DNA from: a virus
Lineage: Duplodnaviria; Caudoviricetes
DNA: 64,000 nt
Direction: 5' to 3' (one strand)
Virus record (IMG/VR): IMGVR_UViG_3300033120_000337
Location: 8,448 to 72,447 of that record
Each line of letters starts with the position of its first letter. Positions within the stretch are counted from its first letter, which is position 1. The position numbers were made by a program, and so were the translations under genes. This document shows, in pieces, positions 53,152 to 62,679 of this stretch. The notes beneath the pieces were generated by a model. The model was not told the origin of the DNA and made no database searches. It worked only from the letters and a program-made list of their open reading frames with translations.

Positions 53152-53876
53152 TCTCACCAGTCACGCACTGGCTCGCGGACCACTTACGTACCTGCTCTCT
53201 TTCTGAGGAAGCCGAGGGCTACTTGTTTGGGCGAGGTGCGACTCAAGAGGCGATCGACAGATTGCAGTTTGTTGAGTGGGTTCCATCTCTCAATGAGTCT
53301 CCAAGTATTGCTTTCAGGTCCAGATATGGGCCCAGAGGCGAGAAGCTGACAGGGATGCTCACTTACCCTCTTAGATCTCCCTCTGGGGGTCTTTTAGGGA
53401 TTGAGGCAAGGTCGATGCGTGAAAAGAAGATTTCTGAATTCCGTACGCCAGAGGCTGCTTGGAATCCAGTTCTTGTGAATGCGCCTCATGCAGCCCAACA
53501 GATGTGGAAGGGTGGTTCCGTGTGGGTTACCGAGGGTGTGTTTGATCTCCTTCCCTTGGAGATGGTCTGCCCTCCTGGTGATGTTGTTATCTCAACCCTT
53601 CGTGCTCGATTGTCCAAGACCCATGCAAACTTCCTCAGTAGGTTTTGCCAGAACCGTGTCTACATGGTCTACGACAACGATGAGACCGGACGTAAGGCAA
53701 CTCTTGGGTGGGTAGATGATACAGGAAAATTTCAGCCGGGTGCACTCGATTCTTTGCGCCGTTTGGGCGTAAGAGTTGTGGACTTCCGTTATCGCGGAAA
53801 AGATCCTGGAGAGGTTTGGTCCTCTGGTGGGATTCAAAATCTGAGACGTGTTTTTTTTGGAGGTTCCTATGAGTGA
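53013..53876 (+). CDS. DnaG-like primase, catalytic/TOPRIM part (start uncertain)
   Basis: YLFGRG, YPLRS, VTEGVFD and YDNDETG (DxD); no zinc-binding domain visible. Confidence 0.8.
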   Translation: MDAIRASCRSPLRSFLLGDNPYSWREALDSASSQSQSGYGGVGKLVISPVTHWLADHLRTCSLSEEAEGYLFGRGATQEAIDRLQFVEWVPSLNESPSIAFRSRYGPRGEKLTGMLTYPLRSPSGGLLGIEARSMREKKISEFRTPEAAWNPVLVNAPHAAQQMWKGGSVWVTEGVFDLLPLEMVCPPGDVVISTLRARLSKTHANFLSRFCQNRVYMVYDNDETGRKATLGWVDDTGKFQPGALDSLRRLGVRVVDFRYRGKDPGEVWSSGGIQNLRRVFFGGSYE

Positions 53877-54405
53877 TTCCTGGGTTGCTGGTGAAGAAGT
53901 GTACAGCCTTATGCGTCATTTTGTTGCAAACTATCATCCGAACTTGGCTTCGGTTGACTCCGACATTGCAATCATCTTTCGTGGGAAGGCTGCAAAGAGA
54001 GGGGGTCAGGTAATTCTTGGCGTCTCCAGGAAGGCTCCAGCGATTCTGGACATCTTGGGCAAGGAGACCTACAAGTTCATCTTGGAAATTGCAGCTGATG
54101 AGTGGAAGACGTTGTCGAACTCTCAGCAGGGCGCACTGATGGATCATCTCCTGTGTGCTTGTCGAGTTGAAGAGGACGAGGAGTCCGGTGAGCTGAAGTG
54201 CAGCATTGCTTCCCCAGATGTTCAGTTCTTCTGGGACGAATTGAATCGTCAGGGAGACTGGCGCCCACGCCCCCAGCAAGAGTCTGGGGCGAGTATGGAT
54301 GTGGAGGAAGTGATTGGGGGGAAGTCCGCAGCCAAGAGGAGGGCTCCTGATTCTGATCCAGATTCAGATTCAGATTCAGATTCAGAGAACCTAGACGAGG
54401 CCTGA
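53869..54405 (+). CDS. putative phage metallopeptidase-like protein with SD-repeat tail
   Basis: FILEIAADEW..L...QQGALMDHLLCAC; the usual HExxH is altered. Confidence 0.6.
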   Translation: MSDSWVAGEEVYSLMRHFVANYHPNLASVDSDIAIIFRGKAAKRGGQVILGVSRKAPAILDILGKETYKFILEIAADEWKTLSNSQQGALMDHLLCACRVEEDEESGELKCSIASPDVQFFWDELNRQGDWRPRPQQESGASMDVEEVIGGKSAAKRRAPDSDPDSDSDSDSENLDEA

Positions 54406-54406
54406 T

Positions 54407-55783
54407 ATGGCTCTTGACACAAAGTACAGGCCAAACACTTACGATGGAGTCCTAGGGCAGTCCAGCACTGTTCAGATTCTTCGTCAGTATGTGAAGAGCG
54501 GGTCTGGATTCCACCAAAGCTATCTTTTCGCAGGACCTTGGGGCAGCGGAAAGACAACTCTGGGAAGAATCCTAGCCCGTAGTCTTCTGTGCGAAGCTCC
54601 TGTGGATGGGGCAGCGTGTGATGCCTGTACTTCGTGTCGGTCTATCTTGATTGGTGGCACCTCGGAGAACTTTGTTGAGATTGACGCTGCTACGAATTCT
54701 GGAAAGGATTCGATCCGAAAGATTGTTGAGGAGATCTCGTACTCGACTTTCTCCGGGAAGCAGCGCATCTACCTCTTCGACGAGAGCCACAGGTTGAGTA
54801 CAGATGCACTGGATGCTCTACTCAAGCCCCTAGAGGACTGTGTTCCTGGTTCTGAGGACAAGTCCCTAGTCTGTATCTTCTGTACTACTGAGCCCGAGAG
54901 AATGCGATCCACGCTACTCTCTAGGTGTGCTCCAGCGTTCATAATCAAGCCTGTGACCCCTATCCAGATTGGGGAACGACTCTCTGTTGTATGTGACTCG
55001 GAGAGTATCTCTTACGATAGGGAAGCCCTAAACTTGATTGGGGAACTGACTGAGTGTCACATTCGTGATGCTCTCAAAGCAGTTGAAGGTGTGTCAATGT
55101 TGGGTTCCGTGACGAGAGAGAACGTCGCGAAGTACCTTCATTTGGATTCTCACATTCTTGTTCTGGACATTCTGTCTTCCATCTTGGGAGATCTCCCCAA
55201 AGCTTTGTCAGTTGCTTCCGGTCTTCTTCAGACCACCAGCCCGACTACACTTTACGAGAAGCTCTCTGAGATGGCTATGTTGGCGTATCGGGTGAAACTG
55301 GGTGTGGCAAAGGCCCCCAGTTACTTGGATCCCTCAAGACTTCAGAGTGTTGGTGAGACTGTAGGAGACAAACTTCTTACGTACGCTACACGGTTTGCTT
55401 CCAGGCCAAGTAGACCAAGTTCATCTATGGTTTTGTGTGACATTGCACAACTTCACCAAGATGCAGTGGCCCCTCCGATTCAAACAGTCGTATCTGTAAT
55501 TCAGAGTCCGGTTTCTTTTCCAGAAAAGCCTCCTGAGTTGGGTACCGTGAAGGAAGAAGCTCCCAAGATGGTAGACAATGTCTATGTCCATCCAAGGGCT
55601 GTCAGAAGTGTGGTGGCTAGTTCACCACGTGAATCTTCCTCTCCTACCTCTCATGAACTCCAACCTTTGCAATTTTGTTCGTTGGTAAAGTTGCGAGTGA
55701 GTGAGCTGCTGGAATCCGAAAGACTGGATGGACGTAAGGGACAAAACGACATGGATAGCTCTGGAGTTGTCCAAAGCGGGTGA
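54407..55783 (+). CDS. dnaX: DNA polymerase III gamma/tau clamp-loader subunit
   Basis: KYRP..Y..VLGQ, GPWGSGKTT, CxxCxxC zinc motif, EIDAA, FDESH, LLKPLE and SRC motifs. Confidence 0.92.
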   Translation: MALDTKYRPNTYDGVLGQSSTVQILRQYVKSGSGFHQSYLFAGPWGSGKTTLGRILARSLLCEAPVDGAACDACTSCRSILIGGTSENFVEIDAATNSGKDSIRKIVEEISYSTFSGKQRIYLFDESHRLSTDALDALLKPLEDCVPGSEDKSLVCIFCTTEPERMRSTLLSRCAPAFIIKPVTPIQIGERLSVVCDSESISYDREALNLIGELTECHIRDALKAVEGVSMLGSVTRENVAKYLHLDSHILVLDILSSILGDLPKALSVASGLLQTTSPTTLYEKLSEMAMLAYRVKLGVAKAPSYLDPSRLQSVGETVGDKLLTYATRFASRPSRPSSSMVLCDIAQLHQDAVAPPIQTVVSVIQSPVSFPEKPPELGTVKEEAPKMVDNVYVHPRAVRSVVASSPRESSSPTSHELQPLQFCSLVKLRVSELLESERLDGRKGQNDMDSSGVVQSG

Positions 55784-56333
55784 GGCAAAAGCAGTCCAAG
55801 GGACTCTTGCTGAATCCCTACGTTCTGCATTGTCTATTCCAGACACTCATCCCATCTTTGTTCCCTATGCAAACTACTCAAAAGGAGGTCGGACAGTGTC
55901 TGTCCGACTCATTGAGGGTTATGCTTTCATAGCTTCTGGGTTGACGGAAACAAGGTATTTCGCCCTAGAAAGAGGTCCTCTTGTTGAGAACGTGATGTCC
56001 TCACGTGGGGCGCACAACCTAAGGACTCTTCAGACTGTTCCTGACGAGAAAATCCGTGGGATGATGGACCAACTTAGGTCTCAAGTCTCTCAGGATCTCG
56101 AAGTGGGGGAGCATGTCCGAATCATTGGCGGTAACTACCTCCACTTAGACGGTGAAGTGGTAGAACTGTACGAGGACAAGGCGGCGGTGAGGATCACTCT
56201 TCGCTCTATTGACGTCTTGGCTTGGTTGCCAAAGATATTCTTAGACGTGTCTACGAATCCTGTGGATGACTCTAAGTCTGGATTTGACCCCTTGGATCTT
56301 GCTATAGGGTCTGAGTTCATCCCTGAGGAATGA
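55728..56333 (+). CDS. NusG/RfaH-family transcription elongation factor
   Basis: IFVPY, LIEGYAFI (NGN domain) and VGEHVRIIGGNY..LDGEV (KOW domain). Confidence 0.82.
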   Translation: MDVRDKTTWIALELSKAGEAKAVQGTLAESLRSALSIPDTHPIFVPYANYSKGGRTVSVRLIEGYAFIASGLTETRYFALERGPLVENVMSSRGAHNLRTLQTVPDEKIRGMMDQLRSQVSQDLEVGEHVRIIGGNYLHLDGEVVELYEDKAAVRITLRSIDVLAWLPKIFLDVSTNPVDDSKSGFDPLDLAIGSEFIPEE

Positions 56334-56346
56334 CTAAGAGGGATCA

Positions 56347-56943
56347 ATGAAATCTCAGACAAACTCAGGTTCAATGGACTTGGACTCAATCTTTTCCACA
56401 GAAGATTCAATCTCGTTTTTCGGTTCTGTGTTCACTGAGCCAGACGAGGATGACATCAAGATGATGGACAAGGTCCGTGTCATGTTGGACATGTTGCCTC
56501 CAGTTGAGGCTGATTTTGTCGACATGTATTTCTTCCGCCACATCAAACAAACAGACATCGCCTCGATTTTTGGTGTCAGTCAACCCACTGTCTGTTACCG
56601 GCTCTACCGAGCCATTGCAAGAATCAAGTTTCTCTTGATTCTACCTAAGGTTGATCTTGCTCAGATGCGCGAGGACCTGTCTCGTTTCATGACAGATCCA
56701 ATGGACATTCAGATCATGCTCTACATGTACGAGACGACCTGTCAGAGTGAGAGTGCCAAGCGTCTCAATGTCTCCCAAGGTTTGGTGCGTCATCGGTTTA
56801 TCCGGTCCATCAAGAAGATGAAACAGTACGAGTCCATGAGCTTCTACTCAGATATCTTCTCTATGATCTCGGCCAACTTAAACATCATGAGGGAAGTCAG
56901 ACGTAAACAGTGTGCCTCAAGAATCGATTTTGTCATCGATTGA
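56347..56943 (+). CDS. sigma-70 region-4-like tandem HTH protein
   Basis: LPPVEADF..Y.F..IKQTDIASIFGVSQPTV and a second HTH QSESAKRLNVSQGLVR. Confidence 0.75.
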   Translation: MKSQTNSGSMDLDSIFSTEDSISFFGSVFTEPDEDDIKMMDKVRVMLDMLPPVEADFVDMYFFRHIKQTDIASIFGVSQPTVCYRLYRAIARIKFLLILPKVDLAQMREDLSRFMTDPMDIQIMLYMYETTCQSESAKRLNVSQGLVRHRFIRSIKKMKQYESMSFYSDIFSMISANLNIMREVRRKQCASRIDFVID

Positions 56944-56992
56944 GTCTCCCTTACGTTTTACGCCCTATCCAATCACAATGGAGAGGCTCTAG

Positions 56993-57319
56993 GTGAGACT
57001 AAGTTCTGAGGTCAAGATTGCAATGGCTCGGCAAGTGGCGAGTCGTTGGATTTCTGAAAATGCTCGTGAGGAGTACCGTTTCACAGTCATGCCTGGGTCT
57101 AGTAAGACAGACATGGACTTGCGGCTTCTTGTGGGTACTCTGCGTTCTTGGAGGGATGGAAGGTCTCGGATAGGTTCACTGTCCGTAATACAAGACTTGG
57201 GTGTTCGGGAGATGTCTGGGGACAACACGATAGAAATCTGGGCTTCTGATTGTGATGGGCTTCGAAAGCTCTCCAATTGGATGGAGTCTCGTGGTTTCGA
57301 GACCACTTTCATTTGGTGA
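56993..57319 (+). CDS. hypothetical protein (ARQVASRW motif)
   Basis: SD GGAG; motif class shared with probable head proteins. Confidence 0.55.
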   Translation: MRLSSEVKIAMARQVASRWISENAREEYRFTVMPGSSKTDMDLRLLVGTLRSWRDGRSRIGSLSVIQDLGVREMSGDNTIEIWASDCDGLRKLSNWMESRGFETTFIW

Positions 57320-57325
57320 ACCTCC

Positions 57326-57754
57326 ATGGCACTCACACAATCCAATTTCGATTTTGGGTATCGGTCTGGTTCTGCTGGGACGTACTACTATTTCACGATC
57401 TCTCAGGATCAGGCAGGCCGAATTACCCTGAAGAACATACAGACCCCAACAGGTCGGATTATCGATACTCAGACTGGTTTGCCTCAGTCAGTTGTTGCAG
57501 ACATCGCAACAGCAATTCAACAAGTGGAGAACTTCGTGGCTCAGACAAGTGCCGTAAACGGGAGTCTGTCTTTCGCCGCTCAGACTACCCAAAGTGTGAC
57601 CTTCGCCACTCCTTTTTCAGGAACAGGATATCGAGTTCATCTATCTCTTGCGGACTTTGTACCTGCACGAGTTGTGAATAAGACGACCACAGGTTTTTCT
57701 GTCGAGATCGGTGTCCTCTACACTGGTGTTGTTGGCTACGACGTTTTTGTCTGA
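57326..57754 (+). CDS. putative virion structural protein
   Basis: C-terminal SVTFATPF...KTTTGFSV module, also present at the end of the next ORF. Confidence 0.6.
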   Translation: MALTQSNFDFGYRSGSAGTYYYFTISQDQAGRITLKNIQTPTGRIIDTQTGLPQSVVADIATAIQQVENFVAQTSAVNGSLSFAAQTTQSVTFATPFSGTGYRVHLSLADFVPARVVNKTTTGFSVEIGVLYTGVVGYDVFV

Positions 57755-57766
57755 TCGGAGATCAAG

Positions 57767-58954
57767 ATGCCCCCACAAGCATTCCAAGCTGACGCTCTAC
57801 AAGTTGAGCCAGGATCAGGTCAAACTCTCAAGATCACTAGAGACATTCCAACAGGATCAATGCGTTTTCAGGACGCAGTCATCCCAGCTGGAGTCAACCT
57901 TTCCGACTTGGCGAGTCTCAACTCCATCGTGGGTCTTCTTGTCGTAGGAAGGGCTGGTTCTGGAGCCAAGTATCTGACGATTCAGTCTGCCCTGAATGCA
58001 ATTCCGTCCACTGCAAGTGCGAACAACCCCTATACGATTTTGTGTTTCCCAGGTATTTACCTAGAGAACATCATCATCGATAAGGATGGGGTATCTATCG
58101 TAGCAATTGGGCAGGTATCAATCGTTGCTGTCTCCAACACCCCCACAGTTTCCATTCAAGCTGCGGTTCTGACAACCCCTCTGACAACTGTCCTTCAGGG
58201 ATTGAAGATACAGACTTCCTTCACTGGTCGGGAGTGTGTTCTTGTTCAGGGTGGTCCTGGTTTGAGTGTTGGGCTTAGTGGTGTTGTCCTGAAAGGGTGC
58301 AACCTTGCTGCAAAGGGTGTCGGAAGCTACACGGTGAGGGCGAACATCGTGAACTCAGTCTCTCTTCTTGATTGTGTATCTGACGAGAGTGACGCCACTG
58401 CGATCTTGGGTGTTTCTCAATGCGCCTCTGTTGTTGTGTCTGGAGGCACACATCCTGCTGCTCAACTCGACTATGACACAGGCGGAGCAACGCCAATCAC
58501 AGCAGGATCTACGTACACCTTCAATTCCTGTAGGTCAGTAGGTCCGATTCTCTCAACGCTTGTGGGTGCTGGCACGTTGAAGATCCAAGGAAGCCCCTCT
58601 GTAGGGAATGTGACTCTGAATGGCAATCGAACAGGGTTGATCCAAGGGTCCTCTGTTGGAAACCTTTCCATTGGAGGCACTTCGGTGATGACAATGGTCA
58701 ACTCGACCCGAGGCTCTCTTGTAGGCACAGGCCAGTTTGATGAACCAAACACATCAGGCACTGTGGTGTTTGCGGCTTCAGCGTCTGAGGCTGTTCTCTT
58801 CTCTGTTCCCAGAACCAATGCCAATTACAACGTCTTCTTGGACACCGGGACAGTAGACCCGTTTTTGATCGCATCAAAGACCATCAATGGGTTCACTATC
58901 ACTTTTGGTGGTGTACAGACACGAACAGTGAGCTGGACTATCTTGGCGAGGTGA
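57767..58954 (+). CDS. putative virion protein with beta-helix region
   Basis: KYLTIQSALNAI and ILCFPGIYLENI (pectin-lyase-like start); C-terminal KTINGFTI module. Confidence 0.65.
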   Translation: MPPQAFQADALQVEPGSGQTLKITRDIPTGSMRFQDAVIPAGVNLSDLASLNSIVGLLVVGRAGSGAKYLTIQSALNAIPSTASANNPYTILCFPGIYLENIIIDKDGVSIVAIGQVSIVAVSNTPTVSIQAAVLTTPLTTVLQGLKIQTSFTGRECVLVQGGPGLSVGLSGVVLKGCNLAAKGVGSYTVRANIVNSVSLLDCVSDESDATAILGVSQCASVVVSGGTHPAAQLDYDTGGATPITAGSTYTFNSCRSVGPILSTLVGAGTLKIQGSPSVGNVTLNGNRTGLIQGSSVGNLSIGGTSVMTMVNSTRGSLVGTGQFDEPNTSGTVVFAASASEAVLFSVPRTNANYNVFLDTGTVDPFLIASKTINGFTITFGGVQTRTVSWTILAR

Positions 58955-58957
58955 TTT

Positions 58958-59494
58958 GTGAAGGATTTTTGGTCAGAGCTAACTCAAGGAATGCATCGAG
59001 AGGCATCCCCACTCGATGAGCATCTGGGTAGTCGTATCCCTTCGGAGTCTGTCCGTAAGTTGACAGATAGGGTCCGTGAGGCAAGGGCTCTTGGTCTCCC
59101 TGTGGATGCTGGAACCCGTGTTCGGTTTGCGAACAATCTTGGTGCAGTCATGTCCTACACAGACCCACCAGATGGGAACTCTGAGGGGACTGTAGTCACA
59201 GTACGTACAGCCTCAGGTGACGTCACAGCTCAAGATAGTCTTGTGTTTGTGAAGTGGGATTCAGGATCCTTCCTGCCTGTCCACCGAGAGCACCTTCGCC
59301 TAGCAACAACAAGAGTCGCAACCCTCTTCAGGATGAGAGTCTCTTCAGTAGGAGATCTTTCTGACTTCATCAAGACATCCAGTGATGACTTGATTCACAA
59401 GTCCACAAAAGAGCTTTGGTCCTTGCAGAAGGACGGGGACGAGTACGTCATTTCTCGTTTGTTTGATGATGTTGGTTCCCCATTGAAGGTATGA
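58958..59494 (+). CDS. hypothetical protein (probable head-associated)
   Basis: SH3-like core followed by an RVATLF motif. Confidence 0.55.
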   Translation: MKDFWSELTQGMHREASPLDEHLGSRIPSESVRKLTDRVREARALGLPVDAGTRVRFANNLGAVMSYTDPPDGNSEGTVVTVRTASGDVTAQDSLVFVKWDSGSFLPVHREHLRLATTRVATLFRMRVSSVGDLSDFIKTSSDDLIHKSTKELWSLQKDGDEYVISRLFDDVGSPLKV

Positions 59495-59495
59495 C

Positions 59496-60110
59496 ATGAG
59501 CACACAGCCAAATCCAAGTCGGGTAGCGCATCGAGCGATGCAGCAGATGCAGCAGCAGATGCAGCGTACGGCTGGTGAGGTGCGGTTCATCAAGGACAAG
59601 AGCAACGATGCCACTCAATGGGCCTGGAATGATTCAGGTCCCCAAGAGAGGAAGATCACACCTGACTTTGCTTTCAACCCGAAGAACACCAAGCCCCTCG
59701 CAAAAGTCATGCGTTCCACCAATGCATCACTCGGCCATGCGATGGCTGCTTATGCTGTGTTTACTCGTCTGAAGTCCGCAGACATTTCCCCAGATGGTTC
59801 GCTTGGCGGCAAGGGCTACATACAAAAAATTGGGGAGATGCGTAGAGCATACATGAACCTGATCGAGGCTCTGTCCGCTCTGTCTGACACTCTCTACGAC
59901 GAGATTCGTGCACCTCACTGGGCAGCCGTATCACGTCAGGAAGATCCTGAAGAGCGAGAGGAAGTCGAACAGATTGTTGGAGACGCTCTTGAAATCAAGG
60001 AAGATCCTGAAGCTTGGGCTGAAGAGCAAGAGGATCAAATGGATGATGAGAATGCCGTTGTCTCCAAGAGGGCTTCTTCTGTCCTTCGTCGCATGCAAAG
60101 AGGTCTCTGA
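59496..60110 (+). CDS. hypothetical protein (probable head-associated; PSRVAHR motif)
   Basis: 204 aa ORF with acidic tail. Confidence 0.6.
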   Translation: MSTQPNPSRVAHRAMQQMQQQMQRTAGEVRFIKDKSNDATQWAWNDSGPQERKITPDFAFNPKNTKPLAKVMRSTNASLGHAMAAYAVFTRLKSADISPDGSLGGKGYIQKIGEMRRAYMNLIEALSALSDTLYDEIRAPHWAAVSRQEDPEEREEVEQIVGDALEIKEDPEAWAEEQEDQMDDENAVVSKRASSVLRRMQRGL

Positions 60111-62008
60111 TGTCTAAGAATTCCGAAATGCCAGATGGTGGATACAACCCCCAGCTCGGCTCGAACTACATGATGGATGGCTTCGATTTTGATTCGGAAT
60201 ATGGCGAAGGTGTGGATTCTGCTCGTAAAGATCCAGACCCCAATCTTCCGCGTTCAAACCAAGGTCTTGCAACTATGCCTGATGGTTTTCTTGGGGTTGA
60301 CCCAACAGAGACATTTGACTTCCGTATGCTTCAAGCAATGGATGGCGATGCTGGTATGGGGGACCTATCTGGCATGATTCACGAGGCAACTCCTCTAAAC
60401 AACCTCAGCTGGTTGGAGGGAGCAGAGCAAGATCCTAACAGACTCCCAGAAAACGTGAACCTGGTTGAGTACACCCAGAACATGATGGGTCAAACTGTAT
60501 TCTCGGACGATCCTGATTCAGGCACACGTTCTGAACTTGAGTCTGCTTGGGGTGTACATCGGAGAACAGATGGACAAAACATTGTCCCAAACATCCAGTA
60601 TCCACGTCCTGTAACAGGACCTACATCTTCCATTCCAGGAGATCAGTTCCGAGACATTGTTGCTCATGCAATGCGTCGCTCGGCTTTCGGAGTGGAGTTC
60701 GACACAATCTCTCAAGAGGTCTTGCAGCTTCTTGGAAATTCTACATTGAGCCAAGACTCCCCAGTCTTCAAGAAGCTGGCTTCAGCCCTACGTGCTGTGA
60801 AGGCAGAACATGGACTTGCAGGGAATGTCTATGTGAGGGATTCCGCGTTCCCTTCGATTCTTTCGGGGAAGTGGGACAAGGCCATCAGAAGTCGATGCGC
60901 TTCGGCTCGGTACTTCTTGACTTCTCCTGGATCAAAACTGTCTTCCCATGAACGGTACTTGGGCAAGCAGGTTGTGACCGAGATCCCATGGGCTGAGGCT
61001 GGGGAACACTATAGACCCCTCTTGGCAGCTCAGGGTAAGCGCTTAGCTTCTGGAGATGTGAAGAAGGCCTTGGCTGCGGCATTCTTGAACGTGGAAGCAC
61101 GTCAACACACTGCAACCAACTTCCCAACAGTGCCAGCAAACACGGTATCTTCGAAACAGGCCAGAAAAGCCTTTTCGGAGATGGAGAAGGTGGCTGCGCC
61201 TGTTGTGAAGTTGGCAAGTCAAAAGCAGGCCTTCCAAAAGAAGGCGGATGCTCGGATTGAGCGTTGGGTGGCTGCGGGTCTTCTTTCGGTGGAGGCTGCT
61301 ACTCAGATGAGGTCTCGAATCTCTGACCCCTACAAGTTGTATCGGGTAGCTGCGAAGATGGTAGCTAAAGCTACATCTGAAGTCTACAAGGGTCCGGTCT
61401 TTACGACTCACCAGCCCCAGAAGACGTCTTCAGAGAGTACGACCTTGGAGGTTCGTGGTCTCTTGCGTTGGGCTTCAAAGCAGATGTCTGAGGGTGCTGC
61501 GGGTAAGGATCTCAATTACCTGCTCAAGGCTCGGTTCAGTTCAGACTTGCTGAAGCAAGCTCAAGATCAACTGGTTCCTCTACGAAAGAAGCATGAAGGT
61601 CTTGCAGGGCACCTCTATGTGGAGGCTTCTGCATACGCCTCAGTGAATGGTGCATCTGGTTGCGAGAAGGGGGCACTGGTACATCGGGCTAACCAGATCA
61701 AAGCTGTAATGGGAATGGATAGATGCACTTCTTGTGCTTCGAATTCTGAGGGTGTGTGCAAGACATACAACAAGGTCCTTGTTGACTCGCCTCCCACCCA
61801 AAACCCAGAGAAATACGCTTCTGAGATGATTCGTCTGGCGAACTCTGATGATGAACGGACAGCCTCGCTGTTTGCTCCATCCTTTGACACGTCTGAGTAT
61901 AATCTCCAGAACGACAACCTGGACACCTTGGATTTCAACAACGCCGCTTCACATGAAGAGGTTGGAAATATCTTCTTTGAGGGGATGCTTTTGGGAGATG
62001 AATTCTGA
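60110..62008 (+). CDS. hypothetical protein with internal duplication (EHGLAGNVYV / KHEGLAGHLYV)
   Basis: 632 aa ORF; the duplicated motif is read directly from the translation. Confidence 0.65.
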   Translation: MSKNSEMPDGGYNPQLGSNYMMDGFDFDSEYGEGVDSARKDPDPNLPRSNQGLATMPDGFLGVDPTETFDFRMLQAMDGDAGMGDLSGMIHEATPLNNLSWLEGAEQDPNRLPENVNLVEYTQNMMGQTVFSDDPDSGTRSELESAWGVHRRTDGQNIVPNIQYPRPVTGPTSSIPGDQFRDIVAHAMRRSAFGVEFDTISQEVLQLLGNSTLSQDSPVFKKLASALRAVKAEHGLAGNVYVRDSAFPSILSGKWDKAIRSRCASARYFLTSPGSKLSSHERYLGKQVVTEIPWAEAGEHYRPLLAAQGKRLASGDVKKALAAAFLNVEARQHTATNFPTVPANTVSSKQARKAFSEMEKVAAPVVKLASQKQAFQKKADARIERWVAAGLLSVEAATQMRSRISDPYKLYRVAAKMVAKATSEVYKGPVFTTHQPQKTSSESTTLEVRGLLRWASKQMSEGAAGKDLNYLLKARFSSDLLKQAQDQLVPLRKKHEGLAGHLYVEASAYASVNGASGCEKGALVHRANQIKAVMGMDRCTSCASNSEGVCKTYNKVLVDSPPTQNPEKYASEMIRLANSDDERTASLFAPSFDTSEYNLQNDNLDTLDFNNAASHEEVGNIFFEGMLLGDEF

Positions 62009-62649
62009 TGCAACCTGCGTATCCAAGGAAATTCAACATCCTAGTTGCGGCCATCACGTCCCCCTCTGACCCTAGTAGAGGTCCTGAAGGAAACCCAAAG
62101 GTTGCTCGTGGAGGATTCACTCTTCAGCAAATCCTTACTCCAGATGGAAAGTCCAGGATTGGTGGCCCCATTGTTGCGCCCCCACCTCCGAGTGCTTTGA
62201 ATCACACGTTTGCAATCGAGGTGTCTACATCTGACTTCTGGGACCCTGAAGTGACGGCACCAGCTCCTCTGTACCTTACTGAAGAAGTTGGTCTTTTTGA
62301 CCGCTACATTGTTGCTGGGGAAGAGTTTGGTTCGACACACGGAAGTGGGGCGGGACCTCTTAACACAATTGCAACCCAGCTTGCCATTGCTCTCAACTCT
62401 TACTCAGAGGTTCAGGCAGTTGCTGTTGGCCCCATTGTCTACGTCACTTCTCTTAGGCCAGATGGAAAAGTTCCAGTACAAGCCACGGACAACATGTCCG
62501 TATTGCTTGGGGGCACTCCCTTCCTTGTCTATGGGCCTGGTGGTGTTCCTTTGTTTGATGCGGGTCTGAACAGGCAGAAGACATATTTTGTGGTGAAGCC
62601 TTTCAAGACTCAGTCAACTCCAATCTCTCTTCTTCCAACCTCCACATAA
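62008..62649 (+). CDS. hypothetical protein
   Basis: 213 aa ORF coupled to the previous stop. Confidence 0.6.
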   Translation: MQPAYPRKFNILVAAITSPSDPSRGPEGNPKVARGGFTLQQILTPDGKSRIGGPIVAPPPPSALNHTFAIEVSTSDFWDPEVTAPAPLYLTEEVGLFDRYIVAGEEFGSTHGSGAGPLNTIATQLAIALNSYSEVQAVAVGPIVYVTSLRPDGKVPVQATDNMSVLLGGTPFLVYGPGGVPLFDAGLNRQKTYFVVKPFKTQSTPISLLPTST

Positions 62650-62679
62650 TTCCAAGTTCTGGGTTGGGTATGGTGAGAC

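Noticed and set aside
3016-62013. Long antisense ORFs opposite well-supported genes (e.g. 30613-31260, 53635-54279)
   Set aside because: These are shadow frames with no motifs or ribosome-binding sites.
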